Assembly (NCBI GenBank): GCA_964016885.1
Contig: OZ024743.1
Span: 129,084,001 to 129,148,000, forward strand
DNA from: Eledone cirrhosa
Lineage: Eukaryota
Direction of reading: 5' to 3'
DNA: 64,000 nucleotides
Shown: positions 14,701 to 30,300 of the stretch, in pieces
How positions within the stretch are numbered: position 1 is the stretch's first letter
How the letters are laid out: each line of letters starts with the position of its first letter
Notes under the pieces: generated by a model
Seen by the model: only the letters and a program-made list of their open reading frames with translations
Told to the model about the DNA's origin: nothing
Databases searched by the model: none
Position numbers and translations under genes: made by a program

Positions 14701-17700
14701 AGCACCAAAGACCAAACACCAAACAGCAAACACCAAACACCATACAGCAAACACTAAACACCAAAAAGCAGACAGCAAACACCAAACACCAAGCACCAAA
14801 CACCAAGGACCAAGCACCAAACACCTAACACCAAGCACCAAGCACCAAGCACCAAACACCAACCACCAAACACCAAACATCAAGCACCAAGCACCAAGCA
14901 CCAAGTACCAAATACCAAGAACCAAGAACCAAACACCAAGAACCAAGCACCAAGTACAAACACCAAGCACCAAGCACCAAGCACCAAACACCAAGAACCA
15001 AGCACCAAACACAAAACACCAAGCACCAAGCACCAAGCATCAAACACCAAGCACCAAACACAAAACACCAAGCACCAAGCACCAAACACCAAACACCAAG
15101 CACCAAGCACCAAACACCTAACACCAAGCACTAAACACCAACCACCAAACACCAAGCACCAAGCACCAAGCACCAAGCACCAAACACCAAGCACCAAACA
15201 CCAAGCACCAAACACCTAACACCAAGCACCAAGCACCAAGTACCAAGCACCAAACACCAAGCACCAAACACCAAACACCAAGCACCAAACACCAAACACC
15301 AAGCACCAAGCACCAAACACCTAACACCAAGCACCAAACACCAACCACCAAACACCAAGCACCAAGCACCAAGCACCAAGCACCAAGCACCAAACACCAA
15401 GCACCAAACACCAAGCACCAAGCACCAAGCACCAAGTACAAACACCAAACACCAAACACCAAGCACAAAGCACCAAGCATCAAACACCAAGCATATAACA
15501 CCAAACACCAAGCACCAAGCACCAAACACCAAACACCAAGCACCAAGCACCAAACACCAAGCACCAAAGACCAAACACCAAACAGCAAACACCAAACACC
15601 ATACAGCAAACACTAAACACCAAAAAGCAGACAGCAAACACCAAACACCAAGCACCAAACACCAAGGACCAAGCACCAAACACCTAACACCAAGCACAAA
15701 GCACCAAGCACCAAACACCAACCACCAAACACCAAACATCAAGCACCAAGCACCAAGCACCAAGTACCAAACACCAAGAACCAAGAACCAAACACCAAGC
15801 ACCAAGCCCCAAGTACAAACACCAAGCACCAAGCACCAAGCACCAAACACCAAGAACCAAGCACCAAACACAAAACACCAAGCACCAAGCACCAAGCATC
15901 AAACACCAAGCACCAAACACAAAACACCAAGCACCAAGCACCAAACACCAAACTCCAAGCACCAAGCACCTAGCACCAAACACCAAACACCAAGCACCAA
16001 ACACCAAGCACCAATCACCAAGCACCAAACACCAAGCAGCCAGCAGCAAGCACCAAACACCAAGCACCAAGCACCAAAAACCAGACACCAAACACCAAGC
16101 ACCAAACACCTAACACCAAGCACCAAGCACCAAGTACCAAGCACCAAACACCAAGCACCAAACACCTAACACCAAGCACCAAACACCAAGCACCAAACAC
16201 CAAGCACCAAGAACCAAGCACCAAACACCAAGCACCAAACACCAAGCACCAAACACCAAGCACCAAGCACCAAACACCAAGCACCAAGCACCAAACACCA
16301 AGAACCAAGCACCAAGCACCAAGTACAAACACCAAGCACCAAGCACCAAACACCAAGCACCTAGCACCAAACACCAAACACCAAGCACCAAACACCAAGC
16401 ACCAATCACCAAGCACCAAACACCAAGCAGCCAGCAGCAAGCACCAAACACGAAGCACCAAGCACCAAAAACCAGACACCAAACACCAAGCACCAAACAC
16501 CTAATACCAAGCACCAAGCACCAAGTACCAAGCACCAAACACCAAGCACCAAACACCAAACACCAAGCACCAAACACCAAACACCAAGCACCAAGCACCA
16601 AACACCTAACACCAAGCACCAAGCACCAACCACCAAACACCAAGCACCAAGCACCAAGCACGAAGCACCAAACATCAGGCACCAAACACCAAGCACCAAA
16701 CACCAAGCACCAAGCACCAAACACCAAGCACCAAGCACCAAACACCAAGCACCAAGCACCAAGCATCAAACACCAAGCACCAAACACCAAACACCAAGCA
16801 CCAAGCACCAAGCATCAAACACCAAGCATATAACACCAAACACCAAACACCAAGCACCCAGCACCCAACACCAAGCACCAAGCACCAAACACCAAGCACC
16901 AAGCACCAAGCAAAAAGCACCAAACACCAAGCACCAAACACCAAACACCAAGCACCAAACACCAAACACCAAGCACCAAGCACCAAACACCTAACACCAA
17001 GCACTAAACACCAACCACCAAACACCAAGCACCAAGCACCAAGCACCAAGCACCAAACACCAAGCACCAAACACCAAGCACCAAACACCTAACACCAAGC
17101 ACCAAGCACCAAGTACCAAGCACCAAACACCAAGCACCAAACACCAGAACACCAAGCACCAAACACCAAACACCAACCACCAAGCACCAAACACCTAACA
17201 CCAAGCACCAAGCACCAAGCACCAAGCACCAAGCACCAAACACCAAGCACCAAACACCAAGCACCAAGCACCAAGCACCAAGTACAAACACCAAACACCA
17301 AACACCAAGCACAAAGCACCAAGCATCAAACACCAAGCATATAACACCAAACACCAAGCACCAAGCACCAAACACCAAACACCAAGCACCAAGCACCAAA
17401 CACCAAGCACCAAAGACCAAACACCAAACAGCAAACACCAAACACCATACAGCAAACACTAAACACCAAAAAGCAGACAGCAAACACCAAACACCAAGCA
17501 CCAAACACCAAGGACCAAGCACCAAACACCTAACACCAAGCACCAAGCACCAAGCACCAAACACCAACCACCAAACACCAAACATCAAGCACCAAGCACC
17601 AAGCACCAAGTACCAAATACCAAGAACCAAGAACCAAACACCAAGAACCAAGCACCAAGTACAAACACCAAGCACCAAGCACCAAGCACCAAACACAAAA

Positions 17701-17750
17701 CACCAAGCACCAAGCACCAAGCATCAAACACCAAGCACCAAACACAAAAC
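9729..17750 (+). repeat. Tandem higher-order repeat, period 2698 bp, about 3 copies
   Basis: Near-identical ORFs at 10288/12986/15684, 10714/13412/16110, 11279/13977/16675 and 11595/14293/16991. The period equals 386x7 minus five 6-mers plus one 8-mer, and I counted exactly those units in 12420-15117. Confidence 0.92.
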
Positions 17751-20700
17751 ACCAAGCACCAAGCACCAAACACCAAACTCCAAGCACCAAGCACCAAACA
17801 CGAAACACCAAGCACCAAGCACCAAGCACCAGGCACCAAACACCAAGCACCAAGCACCAAACACCAATCGCCAAACACCAAACACCAAGAACCAAGAACC
17901 AAACACCAAGCACCAAGCACCAAGTACAAACACCAAGCACCAAGCACCAAACACCAAGCACCAAACACAAAACACCAAGCACCAAGCATCAAACACCAAG
18001 CAGCAAACACCAAACACCAAGCACCAAGCACCAAGCACCAAACACAAAGCACCCAGCACCAAACACCAAGGACCAAGCACCAAGCACCAAGCACCAAAAA
18101 CCAAACACGAAACACAAAACACCAAGCACCAAGCACCAAACACAAAACTCCAAGCACCAAGCACCAAACACCAAACACTAAGCACCAAGCACCAAGCACC
18201 AGGAACCAAACACCAAGCACCAAGCACCAAACACCAAGCAACAAGCACCAAACACCAAGCACCAAGCACCAAACACCAAGCACCTAGCACCAAACACTAA
18301 GCACCAAACAGCAAACAACATACAGCAAACACCAAACACCAAACAGCAAACAACATACAGCAAACACCAAACACCAAACAGCTAACACCAAACAACAAAC
18401 ACCAAACACCAAACACCAAGCACCAAGCACCAAACACCAAACACCAAGCACCAAGCACCAAACACCTAACACCAAGCACTAAACACCAACCACCAAACAC
18501 CAAGCACCAAGCACCAAGCACCAAGCACCAAACACCAAGCACCAAACACCAAGCACCAAACACCTAACACCAAGCACCAAGCACCAAGTACCAAGCACCA
18601 AACACCAAGCACCAAACACCAAACACCAAGCACCAAACACCAAACACCAAGCACCAAGCACCAAACACCTAACACCAAGCACCAAACACCAACCACCAAA
18701 CACCAAGCACCAAGCACCAAGCACCAAGCACCAAGCACCAAACACCAAGCACCAAACACCAAGCACCAAGCACCAAGCACCAAGTACAAACACCAAACAC
18801 CAAACACCAAGCACAAAGCACCAAGCATCAAACACCAAGCATATAACACCAAACACCAAGCACCAAGCACCAAACACCAAACACCAAGCACCAAGCACCA
18901 AACACCTAACACCAAGAACCAAGCACCAAGCACCAAGTACAAACACCAAGCACCAAGCACCAAACACCAAGCACCTAGCACCAAACACCAAACACCAAGC
19001 ACCAAACACCAAGCACCAATCACCAAGCACCAAACACCAAGCAGCCAGCAGCAAGCACCAAACACCAAGCACCAAGCACCAAAAACCAGACACCAAACAC
19101 CAAGCACCAAACACCTAATACCAAGCACCAAGCACCAAGTACCAAGCACCAAACACCAAGCACCAAACACCAAACACCAAGCACCAAACACCAAACACCA
19201 AGCACCAAGCACCAAACACCTAACACCAAGCACCAAGCACCAACCACCAAACACCAAGCACCAAGCACCAAGCACCAAGCACCAAACATCAGGCACCAAA
19301 CACCAAGCACCCAACACCAAGCACCAAGCACCAAACACCAAGCACCAAGCACCAAACACCAAGCACCAAGCACCAAGCATCAAACACCAAGCACCAAACA
19401 CCAAACACCAAGCACCAAGCACCAAGCATCAAACACCAAGCATATAACACCAAACACCAAACACCAAGCACCCAGCACCCAACACCAAGCACCAAGCACC
19501 AAACACCAAGCACCAAGCACCAAGCAAAAAGCACCAAACACCAAGCACCAAACACCAAACACCAAGCACCAAACACCAAACACCAAGCACCAAGCACCAA
19601 ACACCTAACACCAAGCACTAAACACCAACCACCAAACACCAAGCACCAAGCACCAAGCACCAAGCACCAAACACCAAGCACCAAACACCAAGCACCAAAC
19701 ACCTAACACCAAGCACCAAGCACCAAGTACCAAGCACCAAACACCAAGCACCAAACACCAGAACACCAAGCACCAAACACCAAACACCAAGCACCAAGCA
19801 CCAAACACCTAACACCAAGCACCAAGCACCAAGCACCAAGCACCAAGCACCAAACACCAAGCACCAAACACCAAGCACCAAGCACCAAGTACAAACACCA
19901 AACACCAAACACCAAGCACAAAGCACCAAGCATCAAACACCAAGCATATAACACCAAACACCAAGCACCAAGCACCAAACACCAAACACCAAGCACCAAG
20001 CACCAAACACCAAGCACCAAAGACCAAACACCAAACAGCAAACACCAAACACCATACAGCAAACACTAAACACCAAAAAGCAGACAGCAAACACCAAACA
20101 CCAAGCACCAAACACCAAGGACCAAGCACCAAACACCTAACACCAAGCACCAAGCACCAAGCACCAAACACCAACCACCAAACACCAAACATCAAGCACC
20201 AAGCACCAAGCACCAAGTACCAAATACCAAGAACCAAGAACCAAACACCAAGAACCAAGCACCAAGTACAAACACCAAGCACCAAGCACCAAGCACCAAA
20301 CACCAAGAACCAAGCACCAAACACAAAACACCAAGCACCAAGCACCAAGCATCAAACACCAAGCACCAAACACAAAACACCAAGCACCAAGCACCAAACA
20401 CCAAACACCAAGCACCAAGCACCAAACACCTAACACCAAGCACTAAACACCAACCACCAAACACCAAGCACCAAGCACCAAGCACCAAGCACCAAACACC
20501 AAGCACCAAACACCAAGCACCAAACACCTAACACCAAGCACCAAGCACCAAGTACCAAGCACCAAACACCAAGCACCAAACACCAAACACCAAGCACCAA
20601 ACACCAAACACCAAGCACCAAGCACCAAACACCTAACACCAAGCACCAAACACCAACCACCAAACACCAAGCACCAAGCACCAAGCACCAAGCACCAAGC

Positions 20701-23700
20701 ACCAAACACCAAGCACCAAACACCAAGCACCAAGCACCAAGCACCAAGTACAAACACCAAACACCAAACACCAAGCACAAAGCACCAAGCATCAAACACC
20801 AAGCATATAACACCAAACACCAAGCACCAAGCACCAAACACCAAACACCAAGCACCAAGCACCAAACACCAAGCACCAAAGACCAAACACCAAACAGCAA
20901 ACACCAAACACCATACAGCAAACACTAAACACCAAAAAGCAGACAGCAAACACCAAACACCAAGCACCAAACACCAAGGACCAAGCACCAAACACCTAAC
21001 ACCAAGCACAAAGCACCAAGCACCAAACACCAACCACCAAACACCAAACATCAAGCACCAAGCACCAAGCACCAAGTACCAAACACCAAGAACCAAGAAC
21101 CAAACACCAAGCACCAAGCCCCAAGTACAAACACCAAGCACCAAGCACCAAGCACCAAACACCAAGAACCAAGCACCAAACACAAAACACCAAGCACCAA
21201 GCACCAAGCATCAAACACCAAGCACCAAACACAAAACACCAAGCACCAAGCACCAAACACCAAACTCCAAGCACCAAGCACCTAGCACCAAACACCAAAC
21301 ACCAAGCACCAAACACCAAGCACCAATCACCAAGCACCAAACACCAAGCAGCCAGCAGCAAGCACCAAACACCAAGCACCAAGCACCAAAAACCAGACAC
21401 CAAACACCAAGCACCAAACACCTAACACCAAGCACCAAGCACCAAGTACCAAGCACCAAACACCAAGCACCAAACACCTAACACCAAGCACCAAACACCA
21501 AGCACCAAACACCAAGCACCAAGAACCAAGCACCAAACACCAAGCACCAAACACCAAGCACCAAACACCAAGCACCAAGCACCAAACACCAAGCACCAAG
21601 CACCAAACACCAAGAACCAAGCACCAAGCACCAAGTACAAACACCAAGCACCAAGCACCAAACACCAAGCACCTAGCACCAAACACCAAACACCAAGCAC
21701 CAAACACCAAGCACCAATCACCAAGCACCAAACACCAAGCAGCCAGCAGCAAGCACCAAACACGAAGCACCAAGCACCAAAAACCAGACACCAAACACCA
21801 AGCACCAAACACCTAATACCAAGCACCAAGCACCAAGTACCAAGCACCAAACACCAAGCACCAAACACCAAACACCAAGCACCAAACACCAAACACCAAG
21901 CACCAAGCACCAAACACCTAACACCAAGCACCAAGCACCAACCACCAAACACCAAGCACCAAGCACCAAGCACGAAGCACCAAACATCAGGCACCAAACA
22001 CCAAGCACCAAACACCAAGCACCAAGCACCAAACACCAAGCACCAAGCACCAAACACCAAGCACCAAGCACCAAGCATCAAACACCAAGCACCAAACACC
22101 AAACACCAAGCACCAAGCACCAAGCATCAAACACCAAGCATATAACACCAAACACCAAACACCAAGCACCCAGCACCCAACACCAAGCACCAAGCACCAA
22201 ACACCAAGCACCAAGCACCAAGCAAAAAGCACCAAACACCAAGCACCAAACACCAAACACCAAGCACCAAACACCAAACACCAAGCACCAAGCACCAAAC
22301 ACCTAACACCAAGCACTAAACACCAACCACCAAACACCAAGCACCAAGCACCAAGCACCAAGCACCAAACACCAAGCACCAAACACCAAGCACCAAACAC
22401 CTAACACCAAGCACCAAGCACCAAGTACCAAGCACCAAACACCAAGCACCAAACACCAGAACACCAAGCACCAAACACCAAACACCAACCACCAAGCACC
22501 AAACACCTAACACCAAGCACCAAGCACCAAGCACCAAGCACCAAGCACCAAACACCAAGCACCAAACACCAAGCACCAAGCACCAAGCACCAAGTACAAA
22601 CACCAAACACCAAACACCAAGCACAAAGCACCAAGCATCAAACACCAAGCATATAACACCAAACACCAAGCACCAAGCACCAAACACCAAACACCAAGCA
22701 CCAAGCACCAAACACCAAGCACCAAAGACCAAACACCAAACAGCAAACACCAAACACCATACAGCAAACACTAAACACCAAAAAGCAGACAGCAAACACC
22801 AAACACCAAGCACCAAACACCAAGGACCAAGCACCAAACACCTAACACCAAGCACCAAGCACCAAGCACCAAACACCAACCACCAAACACCAAACATCAA
22901 GCACCAAGCACCAAGCACCAAGTACCAAATACCAAGAACCAAGAACCAAACACCAAGAACCAAGCACCAAGTACAAACACCAAGCACCAAGCACCAAGCA
23001 CCAAACACAAAACACCAAGCACCAAGCACCAAGCATCAAACACCAAGCACCAAACACAAAACACCAAGCACCAAGCACCAAACACCAAACTCCAAGCACC
23101 AAGCACCAAACACGAAACACCAAGCACCAAGCACCAAGCACCAGGCACCAAACACCAAGCACCAAGCACCAAACACCAATCGCCAAACACCAAACACCAA
23201 GAACCAAGAACCAAACACCAAGCACCAAGCACCAAGTACAAACACCAAGCACCAAGCACCAAACACCAAGCACCAAACACAAAACACCAAGCACCAAGCA
23301 TCAAACACCAAGCAGCAAACACCAAACACCAAGCACCAAGCACCAAGCACCAAACACAAAGCACCCAGCACCAAACACCAAGGACCAAGCACCAAGCACC
23401 AAGCACCAAAAACCAAACACGAAACACAAAACACCAAGCACCAAGCACCAAACACAAAACTCCAAGCACCAAGCACCAAACACCAAACACTAAGCACCAA
23501 GCACCAAGCACCAGGAACCAAACACCAAGCACCAAGCACCAAACACCAAGCAACAAGCACCAAACACCAAGCACCAAGCACCAAACACCAAGCACCTAGC
23601 ACCAAACACTAAGCACCAAACAGCAAACAACATACAGCAAACACCAAACACCAAACAGCAAACAACATACAGCAAACACCAAACACCAAACAGCTAACAC

Positions 23701-24214
23701 CAAACAACAAACACCAAACACCAAACACCAAGCACCAAGCACCAAACACCAAACACCAAGCACCAAGCACCAAACACCTAACACCAAGCACTAAACACCA
23801 ACCACCAAACACCAAGCACCAAGCACCAAGCACCAAGCACCAAACACCAAGCACCAAACACCAAGCACCAAACACCTAACACCAAGCACCAAGCACCAAG
23901 TACCAAGCACCAAACACCAAGCACCAAACACCAAACACCAAGCACCAAACACCAAACACCAAGCACCAAGCACCAAACACCTAACACCAAGCACCAAACA
24001 CCAACCACCAAACACCAAGCACCAAGCACCAAGCACCAAGCACCAAGCACCAAACACCAAGCACCAAACACCAAGCACCAAGCACCAAGCACCAAGTACA
24101 AACACCAAACACCAAACACCAAGCACAAAGCACCAAGCATCAAACACCAAGCATATAACACCAAACACCAAGCACCAAGCACCAAACACCAAACACCAAG
24201 CACCAAGCACCAAA
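13598..24214 (+). repeat. Tandem duplication of 5312 bp (~13598-18902 and ~18910-24214)
   Basis: Constant offset of 5312 for ORFs 13977/19289, 14293/19605, 15118/20430, 16110/21422, 17004/22316, 17585/22897 and 18284/23596, with identical translations. Confidence 0.92.
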
Positions 24215-26975
24215 CACCAAGCACCAAAGACCAAACACCAAACAGCAAACACCAAACACCATACAGCAAACACTAAACACCAAAAAGCAGACAGCAAACA
24301 CCAAACACCAAGCACCAAACACCAAGGACCAAGCACCAAACACCTAACACCAAGCACAAAGCACCAAGCACCAAACACCAACCACCAAACACCAAACATC
24401 AAGCACCAAGCACCAAGCACCAAGTACCAAACACCAAGAACCAAGAACCAAACACCAAGCACCAAGCCCCAAGTACAAACACCAAGCACCAAGCACCAAG
24501 CACCAAACACCAAGAACCAAGCACCAAACACAAAACACCAAGCACCAAGCACCAAGCATCAAACACCAAGCACCAAACACAAAACACCAAGCACCAAGCA
24601 CCAAACACCAAACTCCAAGCACCAAGCACCTAGCACCAAACACCAAACACCAAGCACCAAACACCAAGCACCAATCACCAAGCACCAAACACCAAGCAGC
24701 CAGCAGCAAGCACCAAACACCAAGCACCAAGCACCAAAAACCAGACACCAAACACCAAGCACCAAACACCTAACACCAAGCACCAAGCACCAAGTACCAA
24801 GCACCAAACACCAAGCACCAAACACCTAACACCAAGCACCAAACACCAAGCACCAAACACCAAGCACCAAGAACCAAGCACCAAACACCAAGCACCAAAC
24901 ACCAAGCACCAAACACCAAGCACCAAGCACCAAACACCAAGCACCAAGCACCAAACACCAAGAACCAAGCACCAAGCACCAAGTACAAACACCAAGCACC
25001 AAGCACCAAACACCAAGCACCTAGCACCAAACACCAAACACCAAGCACCAAACACCAAGCACCAATCACCAAGCACCAAACACCAAGCAGCCAGCAGCAA
25101 GCACCAAACACGAAGCACCAAGCACCAAAAACCAGACACCAAACACCAAGCACCAAACACCTAATACCAAGCACCAAGCACCAAGTACCAAGCACCAAAC
25201 ACCAAGCACCAAACACCAAACACCAAGCACCAAACACCAAACACCAAGCACCAAGCACCAAACACCTAACACCAAGCACCAAGCACCAACCACCAAACAC
25301 CAAGCACCAAGCACCAAGCACGAAGCACCAAACATCAGGCACCAAACACCAAGCACCAAACACCAAGCACCAAGCACCAAACACCAAGCACCAAGCACCA
25401 AACACCAAGCACCAAGCACCAAGCATCAAACACCAAGCACCAAGCACCAAACACCAAGCACCAAGCACCAAGCAAAAAGCACCAAACACCAAGCACCAAA
25501 CACCAAACACCAAGCACCAAACACCAAACACCAAGCACCAAGCACCAAACACCTAACACCAAGCACTAAACACCAACCACCAAACACCAAGCACCAAGCA
25601 CCAAGCACCAAGCACCAAACACCAAGCACCAAACACCAAGCACCAAACACCTAACACCAAGCACCAAGCACCAAGTACCAAGCACCAAACACCAAGCACC
25701 AAACACCAGAACACCAAGCACCAAACACCAAACACCAACCACCAAGCACCAAACACCTAACACCAAGCACCAAGCACCAAGCACCAAGCACCAAGCACCA
25801 AACACCAAGCACCAAACACCAAGCACCAAGCACCAAGCACCAAGTACAAACACCAAACACCAAACACCAAGCACAAAGCACCAAGCATCAAACACCAAGC
25901 ATATAACACCAAACACCAAGCACCAAGCACCAAACACCAAACACCAAGCACCAAGCACCAAACACCAAGCACCAAAGACCAAACACCAAACAGCAAACAC
26001 CAAACACCATACAGCAAACACTAAACACCAAAAAGCAGACAGCAAACACCAAACACCAAGCACCAAACACCAAGGACCAAGCACCAAACACCTAACACCA
26101 AGCACCAAGCACCAAGCACCAAACACCAACCACCAAACACCAAACATCAAGCACCAAGCACCAAGCACCAAGTACCAAATACCAAGAACCAAGAACCAAA
26201 CACCAAGAACCAAGCACCAAGTACAAACACCAAGCACCAAGCACCAAGCACCAAACACAAAACACCAAGCACCAAGCACCAAGCATCAAACACCAAGCAC
26301 CAAACACAAAACACCAAGCACCAAGCACCAAACACCAAACTCCAAGCACCAAGCACCAAACACGAAACACCAAGCACCAAGCACCAAGCACCAGGCACCA
26401 AACACCAAGCACCAAGCACCAAACACCAATCGCCAAACACCAAACACCAAGAACCAAGAACCAAACACCAAGCACCAAGCACCAAGTACAAACACCAAGC
26501 ACCAAGCACCAAACACCAAGCACCAAACACAAAACACCAAGCACCAAGCATCAAACACCAAGCAGCAAACACCAAACACCAAGCACCAAGCACCAAGCAC
26601 CAAACACAAAGCACCCAGCACCAAACACCAAGGACCAAGCACCAAGCACCAAGCACCAAAAACCAAACACGAAACACAAAACACCAAGCACCAAGCACCA
26701 AACACAAAACTCCAAGCACCAAGCACCAAACACCAAACACTAAGCACCAAGCACCAAGCACCAGGAACCAAACACCAAGCACCAAGCACCAAACACCAAG
26801 CAACAAGCACCAAACACCAAGCACCAAGCACCAAACACCAAGCACCTAGCACCAAACACTAAGCACCAAACAGCAAACAACATACAGCAAACACCAAACA
26901 CCAAACAGCAAACAACATACAGCAAACACCAAACACCAAACAGCTAACACCAAACAACAAACACCAAACACCAAA
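20430..26975 (+). repeat. Tandem higher-order repeat, period 3348 bp, with a 98-bp (14-unit) deletion near 25440 in the last copy
   Basis: Offset is 3348 for 20430/23778, 20996/24344 and 21718/25066, then 3250 for 22303/25553, 22897/26147 and 23490/26740. Confidence 0.9.
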
Positions 26976-27349
26976 CACCAAACAGCAAACAGCAAACACC
27001 AAACACCAAGCACCAAGCACCAAACACCAAACACCAAACACCAAGCACCATGCACCAAACACCAAGCACCAAGCACCAAACACCAAGCACCTAGCACCAA
27101 ACACTAAGCACCAAGCACCAAACACCAAACACCAAGCACCAAACACCAAGCACCCAGCACCAAACACCAAGCACTAAACACCAACCACCCAGCACCAAGC
27201 ACCAAATACCAAGCACCAAGCACCAAACACCAAGCACCAAACACCAAGCACCAAACACCAAACACCAAGCACCAAGCACCAAACACCAAGAACCAAGCAC
27301 CAAGCACCAAGTACAAACACCAAGCACCAAGCACCAAACACCAAGCACG

Positions 27350-30300
27350 AAGCACCAAGACTCAAACACCAAGCACCAAACACTAAGCACCAAGCACCAA
27401 GCATCAAACACCAAGCATATAACACCAAACACCAAACACCAAGCACCAAACACCAAACACCAAGCACCAAGCACCAAACACCTAACAACAAGCACCAAAC
27501 ACCAAGCACCAAACTCCAAGCACCAAGCACCAAACACCAAGCACCAAACACCAAGCACCAAACACCAAGCACCAAGCACCAAACACCAAGCACCAAGCAC
27601 CAAACACCAAGAACCAAGCACCAAGCACCAAGTACAAACACCAAGCACCAAGCACCAAACACCAAGCACCTAGCACCAAACACCAAACACCAAGCACCAA
27701 ACACCAGGCACCAATCACCAAGCACCAAACACCAAGCAGCCAGCAGCAAGCACCAAACACCAAGCACCAAGCACCAAAAACCAGACACCAAACACCAAGC
27801 ACCAAACACCTAACACCAAGCACCAAGCACCAAGTACCAAGCACCAAATACCAAGCACCAAACACCAAACACCAAGCACCAAGCACCAACCACCAAACAC
27901 CAAGCACCAAGCACCAAGCACCAAGCACCAAACACCAAGCACCAAACACCTAGCACCAAACACCAAGCACCAAGCACCAAACACCAAGCACCAAGCACCA
28001 AACACCAAGCACCAAGCACCAAGCATCAAACCTCCAAGCACCAAACACCAAACACCAAGCACCAAGCACCAAGCATCAAACACCAAGCATATAACACCAA
28101 ACACCAAACACCAAGCACCCAGCACCAAAAACCAAGCACCAAGCACCAAACACCAAGCACCAAGCACCAAGCAAAAAGCACCAAACACCAAGCACCAAAC
28201 ACCAAACACCAAGCACCAAACACCAAACACCAAGCACCAAGCAAAAAGCACCAAACACCAAGCACCAAACACCAAACACCAAGCACCAAACACCAAACAC
28301 CAAGCACCAAGCACCAAGCACGAAGCACCAAACACCAACCACCAAACACCAAGCACCAAGCACCAAGCACGAAGCACCAAACACCAAGCACCAAACACCA
28401 AGCACCAAACACCTAACACCAAGCACCAAGCACCAAGTACCAAGCACCAAACACCAAGCACCAAACACCAAACACCAAGCACCAAACACTAAACACCAAG
28501 CACCAAGCACCCAACACCTAACACCAAGCACCAAACACCAACCACCTAACACCAAGCACCAACCACGAAGCACCAAGCACCAAGCACCAAACACCAAGCA
28601 CCAAACACCAAGCACCAAGCACCAAGCACCAAGTACAAACACCAAACACCAAACACCAAGCACCAAGCACCAAGCATCAAACACCAAGCATATAACACCA
28701 AACACCAAGCACCAAGCACCAAACACCAAACACCAAGCACCAAGCACCAAACACCAAGCACCAAAGACCAAACACCAAACAGCAAACACCAAACACCATA
28801 CAGCAAACACTAAACACCAAAAAGCAGACAGCAAACACCAAACACCAAGCACCAAACACCAAGGACCAAGCACCAAACACCTAACACCAAGCACCAAGCA
28901 CCAAGCACCAAACACCAACCACCAAACACCAAACATCAAGCACCAAGCACCAAGTACCAAACACCAAGAACCAAGAACCAAACACCAAGCACCAAGCACC
29001 AAGTACAAACACCAAGCACCAAGCACCAAGCACCAAACACCAAGAACCAAGCACCAAAAACAAAACACCAAGCACCAAGCACCAAGCATCAAACACCAAG
29101 CACCAAACACAAAACACCAAGCACCAAGCACCAAACACCAAACTCCAAGCACCAAGCACCAAACACCAAACACCAAGCACCAAGCACCAAGCACCAGGCA
29201 CCAAACACCAAGCACCAAGCACCAAACACCAATCGCCAAACACCAAACACCAAGAACCAAGAACCAAACACCAAGCACCAAGCACCAAGTACAAACACCA
29301 AGCACCAAACACCAAGCACCAAACACAAAACACCAAGCACCAAGCACCAAGCATCAAACACCAAACACCAAACACCAAGCACCAAGCACCAAGCACCAAA
29401 CACAAAGCACCCAGCACCAAACACCAAGGACCAAGCACCAAGCACCAAGCACCAAAAACCAAACACGAAACACAAAACACCAAGCACCAAGCACCAAACA
29501 CAAAACTCCAAGCACCAAGCACCAAACACCAAACACCAAGCACCAAGCACCAAGCACCAGGAACCAAACACCAAGCACCAAGCACCAAACACCAAGCAAC
29601 AAGCACCAAACACCAAACACCAAACACCAAACAGCAAACAACATACAGCAAACACCAAACACCAAAAAGCAAACACCAAACACCAAACAGCAAACACCAA
29701 ACAACAAACACCAAACACCAAACACCAAACAGCAAACAGCAAACACCAAACACTAAGCACCAAGCACCAAACACCAAACACCAAACACCAAGCACGAGGC
29801 ACCAAACACCAAGCACCAAGCACCAAACACCAAGCACCTAGCACCAAACACTAAGCACCAAGCACCAAACACTAAGCACCAAGCACCAAACACCAAGCAC
29901 CAAGCACCAAACACCAAACACCAAGCACCAAACACCAAGCACCCAGCACCAAACACCAAGCACTAAACACCAACCACCCAGCACCAAGCACCAAACACCA
30001 AGCACCAAGCACCAAACACCAAGCACCAAACACCAAGCACCAAACACCAAACACCAAGCACCAAGCACCAAACACCAAGAACCAAGCACCAAGCACCAAG
30101 TACAAACACCAAGCACCAAGCACCAAACACCAAGCACAAAGCACCAAGCATCAAACACCAAGCACCAAATACCAAGCACCAAGCACCAAGCATCAAACAC
30201 CAAGCATATAACACCAAACACCAAACACCAAGCACCAAACACCAAACACCAAGCACCAAGCACCAAACACCTAACACCAAGCACCAAACACCAAGCACCA

